A stretch of DNA of 64,000 nt. It comes from Peribolospora baueri (lineage: Eukaryota). Below the pieces are notes generated by a model. The model searched no databases. It worked only from the letters and a program-made list of their open reading frames with translations, and had not been told where the DNA came from. Below are positions 13,404-25,043 of the stretch, piece after piece. Every line of letters starts with the position of its first letter. The first letter of the stretch is position 1. The translations under genes were made by a program, and so were the position numbers. Location: assembly GCA_029717555.1 (NCBI GenBank), contig JAMDHS010000021.1, forward strand, positions 62,001-126,000, written 5' to 3'.

Positions 13404-14535
13404 GTGCGCGGTGAAGGTCCAGCCGGGCCGGTTTCGGTCGGTGGCGTCGGTCGTGGTGTGGAGCCGGCGGACCTGTCGGCGGGCCAGTGGTTCCACGTAG
13501 ACACAATCAATACAGCACGTGGGTGATACGTGGCGATGGCGAGTCAGTTTTCCATCGCGTCCGTTCGTGCTCCTCCTCGTCGTGTCGCGCGTGCCTCGCC
13601 GGCCCACTCCCTCTTCCTCCGCGCTCGAGCACTCGCAGCGAGAGCTCGCGACTTGTACCCCACAATTGAATACTCCATCTAATCCACCATCGAAACGACC
13701 GACCTCACCTGTGCGCCGTCTCGTCCACCGAGACGAGACGAATCGGCGGCTCTAGAGCGGAGCGGCGACGGGAGTGACGCTCAGTCATGTTGGAGAGAGC
13801 GCGGTGGACGTGCCGGGAGCGGTTTTTTCTTTCTCAGACCAAGCTCTGTATGTAGCATGGAGGTACGGTTTGGGACGTGTGTCACGTGATGAAGGGCGCC
13901 TAGCTTTGACCGGGCGTTATGGGCGGATCGTCGGCCGGCGACGGTTTTTCCCGTCGCTCCCTCCGCCACTTAGCCGGCTGTACGGCATGTAGAGCGCTCG
14001 CTCAGCCCTCGCTTGCCGCCCCACCCGACGAGCTCATCCGCCCCCTGCCCGCTTCCTCGTCAGCGCTTGTGAGCTCGCGTCCGACGGAGCCGCCGGCATC
14101 GCGTCCTGGCTGTGGAGAGAGAGAAGAGGTCGCTGTCCATTTGTGTCCTGTGCTCTGCCGTGTTGATCATAATCAAATAGCTGGCCATATCGAGTCGTCT
14201 GCGATGGGCACCGCCCTGGTCGCTCTTCGTGCCGGTCCTTCGTTCCTCCTCCGCGCCTCTCTGCCTTAGTGGCGCATAGGACCACATACCGTACCTCGTT
14301 CCTGCGATCGTTTGCTCGCCGTCGCTCGCTCGCTCGATCCCATCGCTCTCCTTCCTATAACACCACTCGACCTCCTTCTTACAACGGCGTTCGCCCCCAT
14401 GCTTTATTTCTAACTCGCCCTTCTTTTAGTTCCCCTAATACCTTCTCTCCACCCACCATCACAGTTTATCTCTGTTTTCTCGCTTACGCTCTTTTATGCG
14501 CCTCGCTCCTTTTCGAACACGGGTCCTCACACAGC

Positions 14536-16342
14536 ATGCGCTCCTCTCTCTCCGCCGCGTTGACCGCTGGCGCCGTCCTCGCCGCCGTTGCCGGCTCGCC
14601 CGCTGAGGCGAAGAGCGGCAGCGGCACGGTCGGCCTCCAGAAGCGCTATGAACGCATGATCACATTCGGCGCCAGGTGAGCGTGAGCCGGCCACCTACAA
14701 CTCGTCGCGTTCTCTTCTCTTCTCATCTCATCTCCTTTCTTTCTCCTTTATCTGCTCGACTTGTTCTGTAGCTACGTGGACGATGCCCACTCGGCTCCGG
14801 TCAGTCTCATGGCGGCATGTGACACGATAAAGAATATTGTTCCCAAGGTGGCCCGCTGACCCCAGAGATCTTGTGTTGGAACGTTAGATCGAATTCGACT
14901 ATCGTTTCGCAAAGACGCCCTACTATCAAGGTCGCTTCAGCAACGGGCCCGTGATCTCTGAGTACCTCGCTCATCTCCTTTCGCCCGCCCTGACCGTCAA
15001 CCTGACCAACGCGGGCGAGGACGACGGGAACTCTACGTTCCACTACATCAACCGCGCCTACGCCGGCGCGGTCACGTCCAACAACGTGACCAACGCCGAG
15101 GTCCCCGACGTCGGCCAGCAGATCGCCAACTTTGAGCTCGGCATCCGCAACGCCAACTTCCCCACCACCGTCTCGCCGTTGACTTCCAAGAAGCGCGCAC
15201 ATGGCGTCAGCTACCACGAAAGGAAGAGGAGGAGCCACGGCCACAAGCGCAAGAGGCGCTCTTCGTGTCCCAATCAGTCCGCCCCTCCCACGTCGTCCCA
15301 GGGCCAGTCCGCCGGCGGTTTGAACGACAACCCCGCCCCCATCTCGAGCTCGGGCTCCGGCGAGCCCGCGTCGCTCATTCTCATCGAGATTGGGCTCAAC
15401 TCGCTCAAGTACATCTTTGCGGACCCTTTGGACGTGAAATCCACTTCGTCCATGGCCGAGCGCGACGCCAACATCACCGCCTCGACCAAGGCGCTGAGTT
15501 CGGCGTTGTGGAACCTTACTTACTCGGACGAATTCCGCCGCTTTTCGAGCTCCAAGAGCTACGACGTGATGGTCTTCGACATGTTCCCCCTCGATCTCAT
15601 CCCCAACTGGTCCGAAAACCCAGGCAACATGACCGAGCTCCGGCGCGAGATCGACATGTGGAACGGCCAGGTGCAAGCCATGCTAGGCTCCCTCCAGGCC
15701 AACGCCGAGCAGCGCAGTACGGGAGATCGGTTCTTCACCTGGGTAAGTGAACGTCGATGAGTTTTGCGCTCTTGGGTCAGGCCGGTAAGGTAAGGACGGA
15801 GAGATGGCCGGACTGACTTGCGGTCGAGCTCTGCCCGTCGCCTTGACCTCCGGTTTACCCCAGGACTCCCAAGCGTTCTGGAATGCGACGATGACGAACC
15901 CCTCTCAGTCTGGCCTCAACCTCACCCACGTCAAGGTTGGCTGTGTGACACAAGAGAAGAATGGGACCAACGTGGTGTGCAACGACCCTCAGAACTACTT
16001 TTATTGGTGCGTCGGCGAGCCTTTTGTCGTCGTTCTCTTCCTTGCTTTTGTCCTTCCCTCCACGTCGACTTGGACGCTCATCTTCCCTCTCTTGCGACCC
16101 TTCATTGTGACACTCGCCCACAGGGACTCGGTCCACCCGACGACGACGATCCACAAGGCCATAGCTGCGTCGGTGCTTAAAGACGCCTACCAGGGTGAGC
16201 CTGTCGTTCTCTCTCCTCATTCGTCCCCCTTTCCGATAGCCTCTTTCCGACGGCTTTTTTTCTTCCCAACGCGCTCACCCTCACCCATCGCTTCTCTCTC
16301 TCACACACACACACACACCCACACACAAACCCAATAGTTTAA
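14536..16342 (+). CDS. Secreted SGNH/GDSL-like hydrolase (CE16-like acetylesterase/lipase), multi-exon
   Basis: Signal peptide MRSSLSAALTAGAVLAAVAGSPAEA; block I FGASYVD (split by an intron), GRFSNGPVISEYL, block II NRAYAGA, block III IEIGLN, block V YFYW-DSVHPTTTIHKAIA. The last exon and stop are inferred. Confidence 0.8.
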
Positions 16343-16970
16343 CCCCGTCCGCCGGTCCGAACCATCTTTACTTTACCCCTTACTCTCGTCACGTCTTCCG
16401 AGGACTTTCGGAAGCCGCTCATCGCCTTCGCTCCACTGCACAACCACCGCGCCGTCTTGGGCCCCTCCGCCTCGAAGCACGCGCAGCCGTTCGGAGCTTT
16501 GGTTTGTATTTTACCCGTTCTACGTATTTTTTATTTTTATTTTTAAATGTTCCGGTCGGTGTGCGCGTCGTCCAAGCATGGCGCTCAAAGTTGAAGTTGC
16601 CGCGAAGAGGCCCCCTCCTCTCATTACTAACCCAGACAGAAGCGGCGGCAGCGATGGACAGACAGATGGTGAACCTCAGAAGAGAGATCAGATCGTTTAA
16701 AATGAACAGCACAAACAGAAATACAGACGGGCCGACAAACATACCAATCGGTAGACGTGTCGGAAATGGAGTAGAGGAAAACCGGCAAATGGGTAAAACG
16801 AGGGTGAGGATCGAAAAGGTGGGCGAATCTGAAGAGATGGATGGATGGCTGAGAGATGGAGACGAGGAAGCGCGGCTACGGCAGATGGGAAGACGTGTTG
16901 GACTGAGGGGCTCCGTTCGGATCAAGCGAGGGGGCTTGCGCAGAGGATATAACATGTATTACCGGTCCTT

Positions 16971-18800
16971 CTAGGCTACATCTTTACTGATCTCGGCCGA
17001 CCGCTCTTTCTTCGTCGCGACCGTGCCATCATCGACTTCCGTGTGACTGGGTATCTTACCGTTCGTGCCTGCCTTTGTACGACCGAGATGACATCGTTCG
17101 ACGCTCTCGTCCCATTTCACGTCCCACCTCAGCCTCCTGCCGACGAACAGTGAAACCCAAGTCAGAATGAGAAGGACGGGTACCTCAACTAACGGGCCGA
17201 TGGTCGCGGCAAGGGCTTGATCTGATTGGGGCCCGTAGACGGCGATGCAGACGGCAATAGCGAGCTCGAAATTGTTGGAGCCGGCAGTGAAAGACTGAAC
17301 GACGGCCATCTGGTAGCCCCAAGTTTCCTTCCCTCTTTTAACGCTGAGGTACCAGATGAGCACAAATGTACTCGTCCACATGATGACGAAGTAGATGATT
17401 AGGGGCACAAAAGTCCGGAAAACCGGGCCGAGGTTGTGAAGAATGTGTCGCGCTTGCTCTGCGAAGATGATGATAATGGTGTAGAGGAGGCCGATGAGGG
17501 AGAGCGGACTGAAGAAGGGCAGAAACTTCTTCTCAAAAACATGGCGACCGAACGTCCAAATGACGGCGAAACGAGTTGTGATGCCGGCAGCCAGAGGAAT
17601 ACCGAGATACTGGCGATGTACCAAACAAGAACAAGAAAAAATGAGATTCAGCTTGACGTCAAAGGTACAGATCGAGCAGCCTATAATACCAGAAGTAAAC
17701 GAGTGAAGAACGGAAGAACTTACGATAGCCACGGCGATAGCAGTGTCAGAATAGTTGAGACCGAATTCTTTCGAACCGGAGATTACGTTGACGAACCATA
17801 CGCTATAAGGGGCGTAGAGGAGGATTTGCAGCAGCGAGTTGATGATGACGATGATGGCGCAAATATTGATATCGCCGCGGGCGATCTGGTTCCAGATCAT
17901 GACCATGGCGATGCACCTAGCCAGGCCTACCATGATGATTCCGATCCGATAGCCCTCGAGGTCGGGCAACGTCGCCCAGGCTAGAGCGAGCATGACGAAC
18001 GGGCCGACAATCCAATTAAGGAAGAGAGAGACGGCAATTTGAGCCCAGAGCCGGCGCGTTCGAGAGAATTCTGGTAGGCGTTCATATTGAACCTTGGTGA
18101 GGATCGGCCACATCATGACGATGAGCCCGACTACGAGGGGGCCCGACACGCCTTTCAACCCGCCTCTGTTAAGGTTACGATCCACGTTGACGGCGAATTC
18201 ACCAATGATGACCCCGAGGATCATGGCGAGAATGATAAAAATGGACTAATACCATGGGAACATCAGTGTCATCCTATCCGATGCTGCGCAAACAAGGAGA
18301 CCATGCTCACCAGCAAACGGTCCAACCAGCCGAGTCCGATGAGCACATCTGGATAGCAAGCGGCGATGGTACGATGACACGACAAAAGCTGGTTCAGTAC
18401 GTGGCGACACTGCACACTGGTTAAAGACGGAGGAAGGACAACAGTGTCAAAGAAAGGGCAACTCACTTTTCGCAGTCGAGGATGCCACTTGCGCGTCATC
18501 GGCCGCCGACCTTGCCTCGGGCACTCCCCCTGCCACAGAAAGGAGAAGAGAGAAAGGAGGATGACCGTCGAGAGCCGTGACGAAAGAAGAAGGGGGGCCG
18601 CAGGAGCGAGACAGACAAAGTCAACTTTGGACGTCAGTGGGCGATGGAGGGACTGTGGTGCGAAAGCGCCCCATCTCACCGTCGTACGTCTCGCTGCCGG
18701 GGATGTTGCGCCGGTCGCGCGTGGACAGAGAAGCACTGACGCCAGCCGGTGGTTGTTTCATGTCGCTACCGGACGGACGTTCGGTGGCGCACTTAGACAT
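16971..18800 (-). CDS. ACR3: Arsenite efflux transporter (ACR3 family), multi-exon
   Basis: GLGWLDRLL; GLIVMMWPILTKVQYE; LFLNWIVGPFVMLALAW; GLARCIAMVMIWN; SNNFELAIAV; AATIGPLVEVPVLL. The 5' exons (ATG at 18800) are inferred from phase-consistent GT-AG introns. Confidence 0.93.
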
Positions 18801-19875
18801 GAGAAAAGGGAGGAAGTAAGTGGACCGTGCGTCGCCACAAGGGTGTCTTCCGCCCGGGCAGCATACTTATACCGAAGGACAAGAAACGCTGCGGCGGACG
18901 AAGCGCGTTTTGAATTTGCAAGTCGAAATGAAAGGAAAGATGGAAAGCGGGCGTCTCTTTCCGAGTCGTAAGAGCCATACGCGCTTCGAGAGAGGATAAT
19001 CAGGTACGCGAGGCGGACTATCGCTCGTGAAGAAGAGGACGAGCAAGGCGAGCAAATCTCAACGCGTGACGGTAGAGTTGAATTTCAAATTCGATCGAAG
19101 AACGCCCTTTCTCCGTCCTATGTTATCACAGTGTGCGCGAAGACGTTCCGAACGTCCTCCAAACGTCCACCTTGGCCGGTCGCCATCCAGGTAATCTGGG
19201 GGAGGGGACTGTGGATGAGAGATTAGAGGTGGAGACGCTCCCCTAATAGACGTCACCATTGATGTTACCGCGCTCGCATCCTCATAGTGGCCTGAAAAGC
19301 TGGCCGCTTTGATGTATCCCTTCTCCCGGCGACGGGGTTCGGCACGTGACTGATGGAGTATGTGAGCGAAGCACACACACCCCTCCTACTTCCATCGCTC
19401 CTCTCGGGCTCGGCCTGGCTGGCTGGCTGGCGCGACATCGGCTCCCAACACCCACGCTGGCTGAGTCCGCCCGCCCGACGTTGGGGCGAAGGGCTGGTTC
19501 GCGGAGACGATGAAGACGGCGCAGGGGTTTAAGGAGGCGTTGGGGAGACTGGAAAGGGGATTCGACGAGACGGGAGACGGGAGACGGGAGGCCACATGGA
19601 ACGGCCAAGTCAATGAGGATCGTCCGGCCTTCATGCACGGCGTGGCGTCGTTTTTTTCCCTTAAATTAAACGCTTTCCGTCAGGCCAAGTCCTATCAACT
19701 CGTGAATACAATGCGCAAAGGTAAGGTGATCGGATCGAGGGTATCAACGGAATCTCGCCTTCCGAGCGCGAGCTACGTAGAACCGAGGCTGAAAAGGGAA
19801 GAACGAAAGAGGAAGCGAACGAATACGAGGGACGAAAAATAAGAGAGAGAAGTGGGACGGCCGCCGGTCGTCTCC

Positions 19876-21257
19876 CTATTTCTCCCTCTTGGGGAGGCAG
19901 TACATCGCGACGGACTGGACGGAAAAGATGACGGCAGAGGCGAGGAGTGTACCTCCGGTGAACCAGGCCGCGGAATCGAAGAGGTGTCCGCTTAGGAAGG
20001 TGTGGGCCGAGTTGGAGGAGAGGTTGATGAGGTGGCCCGTGATGGGCTCTCCGGCCAAGCAACCGAAGGCGGACCAGGTGTACACGATGCCGAGGTAGAG
20101 GGGCGCGAGGTTAAAGCGTGGGGCGAGCTTGATGATGGCCGGCGTGGCGGAGCCGATAGTGACGCCCGACATCAAACCGTAAAGGAGGGTCCAGACGATG
20201 ATGGCTGCGGTGGACTTTGCCTGGGTCCAGACGAATGCGAGGATGGCGGAAGAGAGAATGGCGATCGCTAAGACGACCAACGGTGGGCAGAAGACGGAGA
20301 AGACGCCGGCCGCGGCACGACCGGGGAATGCGCCGGCGTTCAAAATGGAAAGCATGTAAAAAGAGAGACTAGGGTCGACGCCCCGGTAGTGAGAGTATTG
20401 GGGGATGAAGAAGAAGGGAGTGTAGAGGCCCAGGAAACCGACCAAGGCAGGACGCTTGGGTCGGTAAAAGCTACCTTGGATTTCTGGTCGCTCGGAGGAG
20501 CGGCCGCCACCAGTGTGGGAGGGACGCGCGATCGGCCTAGGGCGATGCCGACGGCTAGGACGACGAGTTGCACGAAGCCGATGGTCCGAACGGTCCAGCC
20601 AAAGCTCAGGCCGTCGTGGTTGAGCATCCGGTCGATCATGATCGGCCAGATGATGCCGCCACAGGCCGAGCCGCTGATAGCCACGCTCAGTGCCACATTG
20701 CGCTGGACGCCCTCGGCAAACCATTGGGAAGGAAGGGCGGTGCCGGGGGTGAACAATAGTCCGAATCCGATGGCGGAGAGAACGCCCTGGGCGAGGAAAA
20801 ACTGGTAATACTGCTTGCAGGCCGATGTGAACATGATGCTCAAGAACACGGCGATCGCGCCCATCGGGGTGGGCACCTGGGTGGAGTGGGGGCAGACGAT
20901 GGGGTAAGCCAAAGGCGTTTCGTGCCTACTACGTCCGTTGCGCTCCCTCCCTTCGACCAGGCGACCGCGTGCCCACCCTGGCGTTGTACCTTTTCATGAG
21001 CGCGCCTGCGGGAATCCCCAAGAAGAAGGTACCGAACAGCTGCACCGATCCGATCCAAGCAATGGGACTGACTCTGGTCGGCGAGCTGATTGGCCTTGTA
21101 GTACGTCTGGTAGGTTCCAAAGGCGTTCATGTCCAAAGGAGCAGAATACGAGCATGAAGGCTCCCAAGGTGACCAGCCAAGGTTCGGAGCCGCTGGGATA
21201 AGCGGGCGCGTCGGCGCGGACGAGTCCGTCCTCAAGGGGTGTGTCCGAGTGTGGCAT
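19876..21257 (-). pseudogene. MFS monocarboxylate-porter-like (MCH-type) transporter, frameshifted
   Basis: PWLVTLGAFMLVFCSFG / MNAFGTYQTYY / IAWIGSVQLF...CKQYYQFFLAQGVL...SQWF...GSACGGIIWPIM...FGWTVRTIGF / GFLGLYTPFFFI...LSILNAGAFPGR. Three frame changes (near 21133, 21065, 20448) have no intron-sized spacer or splice signals. Confidence 0.75.
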
Positions 21258-22401
21258 AGATGGAGGAGGGAGAGAGGACTGAGATGGGGATCGGGAGACG
21301 GGATGGAAGGCGGACAAGGTGGGAAGACGGAGGAAGGGACGAGGTGAAGGGGAGGCGGAGGAGGGTGACCGGGAGAGGAGGAGGGGATCGAGAAAAGTGG
21401 AACGGGGATCAGAAGACGGGACGAGAGGATGAGAAGGGAAGATAGCGAATCGTTGACAGACGCTAACAGGAGGATAGATAGAGTGGGGAAGGAGGAGGAC
21501 GGGCTGGAGGTCGATCTGTAGGGGTTAGGGAGGCGATGGGAGAAGTGGAAAAAGGGGGGGGCGGCTAATGGAAGTAAGGATGGCTCGGGAAGGATTGCTG
21601 GAACGTACGGGCGTGTCCACGATGGGAGAGCCATTGTCGGCCCAGGAGACTGGCTCTGTGCCCTTGCCCTCGGCTTCGATCATCCTTCCTTCTGACGACA
21701 TGGCGTGCCTGCTTAGTCGACAGGTCCGGTCCTTGCCTTTGACTCGTCGCCGGCACAAAGGGTGTCGGCGGGCGATGCTCGGTAGGTGCGAGTCTCGCAG
21801 TGGGCGAAGCGGTACACAGAAGGGGTGGAAGGCAGAAAAGGAGGGGAGAGGATGAGCGATGGTCCGAGCTGTCGCTCCTCACCGACGATTCATGCACCAT
21901 GCACCTCTCAAAGGGAAGAAGAGAGAGGGAGGAGGGAGGGGCGCATCGATGGACTGTTCTTATCGCCTCCAGCATTGGGCGGGGAAACGTAGCGGGAGAA
22001 AGGGGGGCCGAAAAGCGCTGCGCTTGCGAGTGATGCGAGAAATGTTCAACCGAGCGGCGGTCCGAGTTGGGGGTTAGGGGGAGGGCGACGTCTAGGAGCC
22101 GCGAAGCCGAACGCTAACGTCTCGACACGGAAGTGTGTGAATGAGCTCGTGACTGCCGCTTGCACCTTCTGTCCTCTCCGCCCAGTGTCCACCTGATCGT
22201 TACCTGCACCTGTGCGGTAGCACTCCTTCATCTATATCTTGTCGACTTGCATCCGAAGGCACCGTCGGATGATTCCTATTCCCCATGACGTACGCATGCG
22301 TCGACATCCGACGTCTTCCTTCGCCATGCCATGGCCTTCCCCACGGCCGCCGGTCATCCTTTCATCGCTCAAGATGCGTAATCGTAGGACATACGAGATA
22401 T

Positions 22402-22520
22402 TCCGGCCCCGCCGTGGCAGCGTCGATCCCCCGGGAAGGCAGAAAGCAAGAACTGGAAGAGACAAGACACCGACCCTCCGGCCCCGCCGTGTAGAAGCGT
22501 CGATCCCCCGGGAAGGCAGA
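22402..22520 (+). repeat. Imperfect direct repeat (~42 bp, two copies) in the transposon remnant
   Basis: CCGGCCCCGCCGTG...AGCGTCGATCCCCCGGGAAGGCAGA occurs at about 22402-22443 and 22477-22520. Confidence 0.85.
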
Positions 22521-22833
22521 GACAAAGGCGACCTAAACAGGCAGCAAGAAAAGAGGTCTGCTCCCCAGCATGGAAGACCTTCGCGATACCGGAAGCGCGC
22601 AACAGCAGCAACGCCCAATAGATGAAGGCCATATACCGACTGGACGGTAGCAAGAGCAATTCCAGCGCGATCAGCCAACGTCGCACGCACGCGATCTCCT
22701 CCTCGACATTGTCAGAGACTATGGGAAGCCAGCCGAGCTACTCACCGACAATGGGCCTGAATTTGTGGGACACGACTTCGAGACACTCCTCCGCCGGCTT
22801 GATATTCGCCACCTCCGAACGGCACCCTACCAC

Positions 22834-23443
22834 TCACTTTCTCCTGGCCCCATTTCCAGCCATCGGGCACCTTAAGCCCAGAAAGCTTTTCAGCCTCGTC
22901 CTTGCCCTTCTTCGGTCGGCGCGCACATCCTCCTGCCCTGCTTCTCGTCGTTTATCGCCCCAGCCGAGCACTTTTTCAAATCGCTCCCCATTCTCCTTGC
23001 CACCCTTCTGAGACACCCTCTTCCTCGCAGCCTCCATCCACCCGCACCATTCGATGACCTTCTCGTCGTGGTTACCTCGCACGCCCTTGGCGCCCACTTC
23101 TTGCGCGAGACAACGTCTTCAAAGACGGCCCAACGCCACCTTCAGCCACGAGGTCACCCGCGAGGAGGAGCGTATCGTGCTGAGAGTCGAACACAATGTG
23201 CGAGAGAATTCCTTCACGCTCCTATGCAAATCCCCAACAACGATCAATCGTCTCGCACGCGGACCTTTACCCTCACCTTCAAGCCCGAGATCCTCCTCCT
23301 TGATCTGCCGTAGTGAATGTAGTGAACGTAGTCGTGATCCTTCGCCTTGGACTGTTTGCTCTGCATGAACGCCTCGTCGGAAGAGATGACGGCAAAGTTG
23401 GACGAAGTGAGATCGACGTTGAGCTGGCCGACCGAGCCGTCCT
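22834..23443 (-). pseudogene. Captured fragment of a calcineurin-like metallophosphoesterase (Ppn2/YNL217W-like)
   Basis: Across frameshifts: RARRLIVVGDLH(R), FDSQHDTLLLAGDLVAEG, GAKGVRGNHDEKVIEW, matching the GDxHG / GDLV / GNHD metallophosphoesterase motifs. Confidence 0.8.
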
Positions 23444-24428
23444 CCTTAGACGAATGGGTGCCTGGAGAAATTAACGGTATCCTGGTCGACATGCTTTCAA
23501 AGCGGGGACCAGCGTCAGTGGGACGACTTTCTGTACGATGCCCTGCTCGCGCATCGTGTCCAAGTCGTACGGAACGCACGGCTACTCACCATTCTACCTG
23601 GTATACGGACGCTACCCACGCCTCCCTCAAGAGCCAGTGTTCCCTCTCGCAACTGCACCGCAAACTTATGACGAGCGCATCGCTATCGCCGAGGTTCCGC
23701 TCAGCGGTATGTGCACGATCTGGAAGCCCATAGGAAAGGTGCAAATGAACGAGCACTCCGGCCGCATGTAAGAAGAGGCACGACGACGGTACAATACTTA
23801 CGTCGAAAAAGGCCTCAACATCGGCGACTGGGTTCTGCGGTTAAGGAAGACAAGACGACACAAGTTAGAACCTCGGTGGGACGGCCCCGTTCATCATACG
23901 GTCGACAAGCAGTGCGGGTGCTCACCAGTTAGGGGCACCAAGCCGTCATATCTTGCGACTCCTCGTCAATGCAGACCGATTGAAGCTCGCAAGTGGACAT
24001 GGTCCTCACTCTGCAGAATGGTAATGGGCCCGACGCCGCGACCAAGCGAGGCAACGATATGCGACGGTAGAGGCAAGATGATCGCGGACGATCAACTCAA
24101 ACGAAGGGATGATGTTTCGTGTGTTGCAGTCACCGCCTACCTCCGACGGCTCCCGCCTCCCAAGTCACCCCCGCGATATATGCGCCGTGGCTCTCGTTTA
24201 CTCTGTTCAGTTACTTCGTTTCGAAATGCCTCTCCTAGCATCCTTTTGCTCTCGCTCTCAAGCCACACTTCATACGGGGTTTGGATGGGGGGAAGGGTGT
24301 TGGTTATAAAAAAATGTCCCGAGTTGTAACCCAAATGAACGGGCCCACCGTACTACTAACTACAATCGCCTAAGATAAGGGGCGCAAGGGGACGCTCCAG
24401 CGGTGCGAAAGGATCGGGGAGAAGGGAC

Positions 24429-25043
24429 TTAGATCTCGAAGCCGAGATCGCGAGCGTGCTCGAGGATGAGCTGCTCAGTCGCGTCGATGGAGCGCTTGCG
24501 GGAGGATCCGGTGAGGTAACGCCTTGAGACGACGGCGACGTCGCGAGCCGCGATCTCGCGGCTACGACGGCATTTGACGCCGTTGTTGGAGTTGTTGGCG
24601 TTGCCTCCGATGTTGAAGTCACGGCGGCAGTGGAAGTTAGGGCCATTAATGACACCGGAGTTGGCCTGGGAGTTGTCGTGCGTGTTGGTGTTCGTCTCGG
24701 TGTTGGTGTTCGTGCTGTCGAGGAAACGCCTGAGGATAGCCTCGCCCTGCTCGATCTCGCGACGCTCCATCTCCTCCTCGAGCCACTCCTCGCGCCTGCA
24801 TTTGACGCCGTTGTTGGAGTTGTTGGCGTTACCGCCGATGTTGAAGTCACGGCCGAAGTGGCGGCAGTGCAAGTTGGGGCCATTAATTTGACCTGAGTTG
24901 GCCTGGGACTTGTCAACGGTGTTGGTGGTCGTCTCGGTGTGCGTGTTGGTCGTGTCGGCGAAGCGGGGCTCGAGAAAGCGGGGCTCGAGAGCGACCGCGG
25001 CGGTGGCGGCGACGGCGAAGACGGCGAGGGTGGTGAACTGCAT
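24429..25043 (-). CDS. Secreted Kex2-processed repeat protein A (204 aa, intronless; two Thr/Asn-rich plus DFNIGGNANNSNNGVKC modules)
   Basis: Signal peptide MQFTTLAVFAVAATAAVA; many RR/KR sites; tandem duplicated module separated by acidic spacers; codon usage looks strongly coding. Confidence 0.9.
   Translation of the reverse strand: MQFTTLAVFAVAATAAVALEPRFLEPRFADTTNTHTETTTNTVDKSQANSGQINGPNLHCRHFGRDFNIGGNANNSNNGVKCRREEWLEEEMERREIEQGEAILRRFLDSTNTNTETNTNTHDNSQANSGVINGPNFHCRRDFNIGGNANNSNNGVKCRRSREIAARDVAVVSRRYLTGSSRKRSIDATEQLILEHARDLGFEI

Larger units (their letters stand above)
22400..24271 (+). mobile_element. Degraded Ty3/gypsy LTR-retrotransposon remnant (integrase, GPY/F module, putative PPT and 3' LTR)
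   Basis: Integrase-like fragments TDWTVARAIP, IVRDYGKPAELLTDNGPEFVGHDFETLLRRLDIRHLRTAPYH, P*TNGCLEK-NGILVDMLSK, WDDFLYDALLAHR, GYSPFYLVYGRYPRLP, GLNIGDWVLR...KLEPRWDGP, LVNADRLKLA, with stops and frameshifts. Purine-rich AAACGAAGGGATGA is followed by TGT at 24113. Confidence 0.85.

Noticed and set aside
22834..23443. Helitron origin of the captured phosphoesterase fragment
   Set aside because: It starts with TC but has no CTRR 3' end, terminal hairpin or A/T insertion site.
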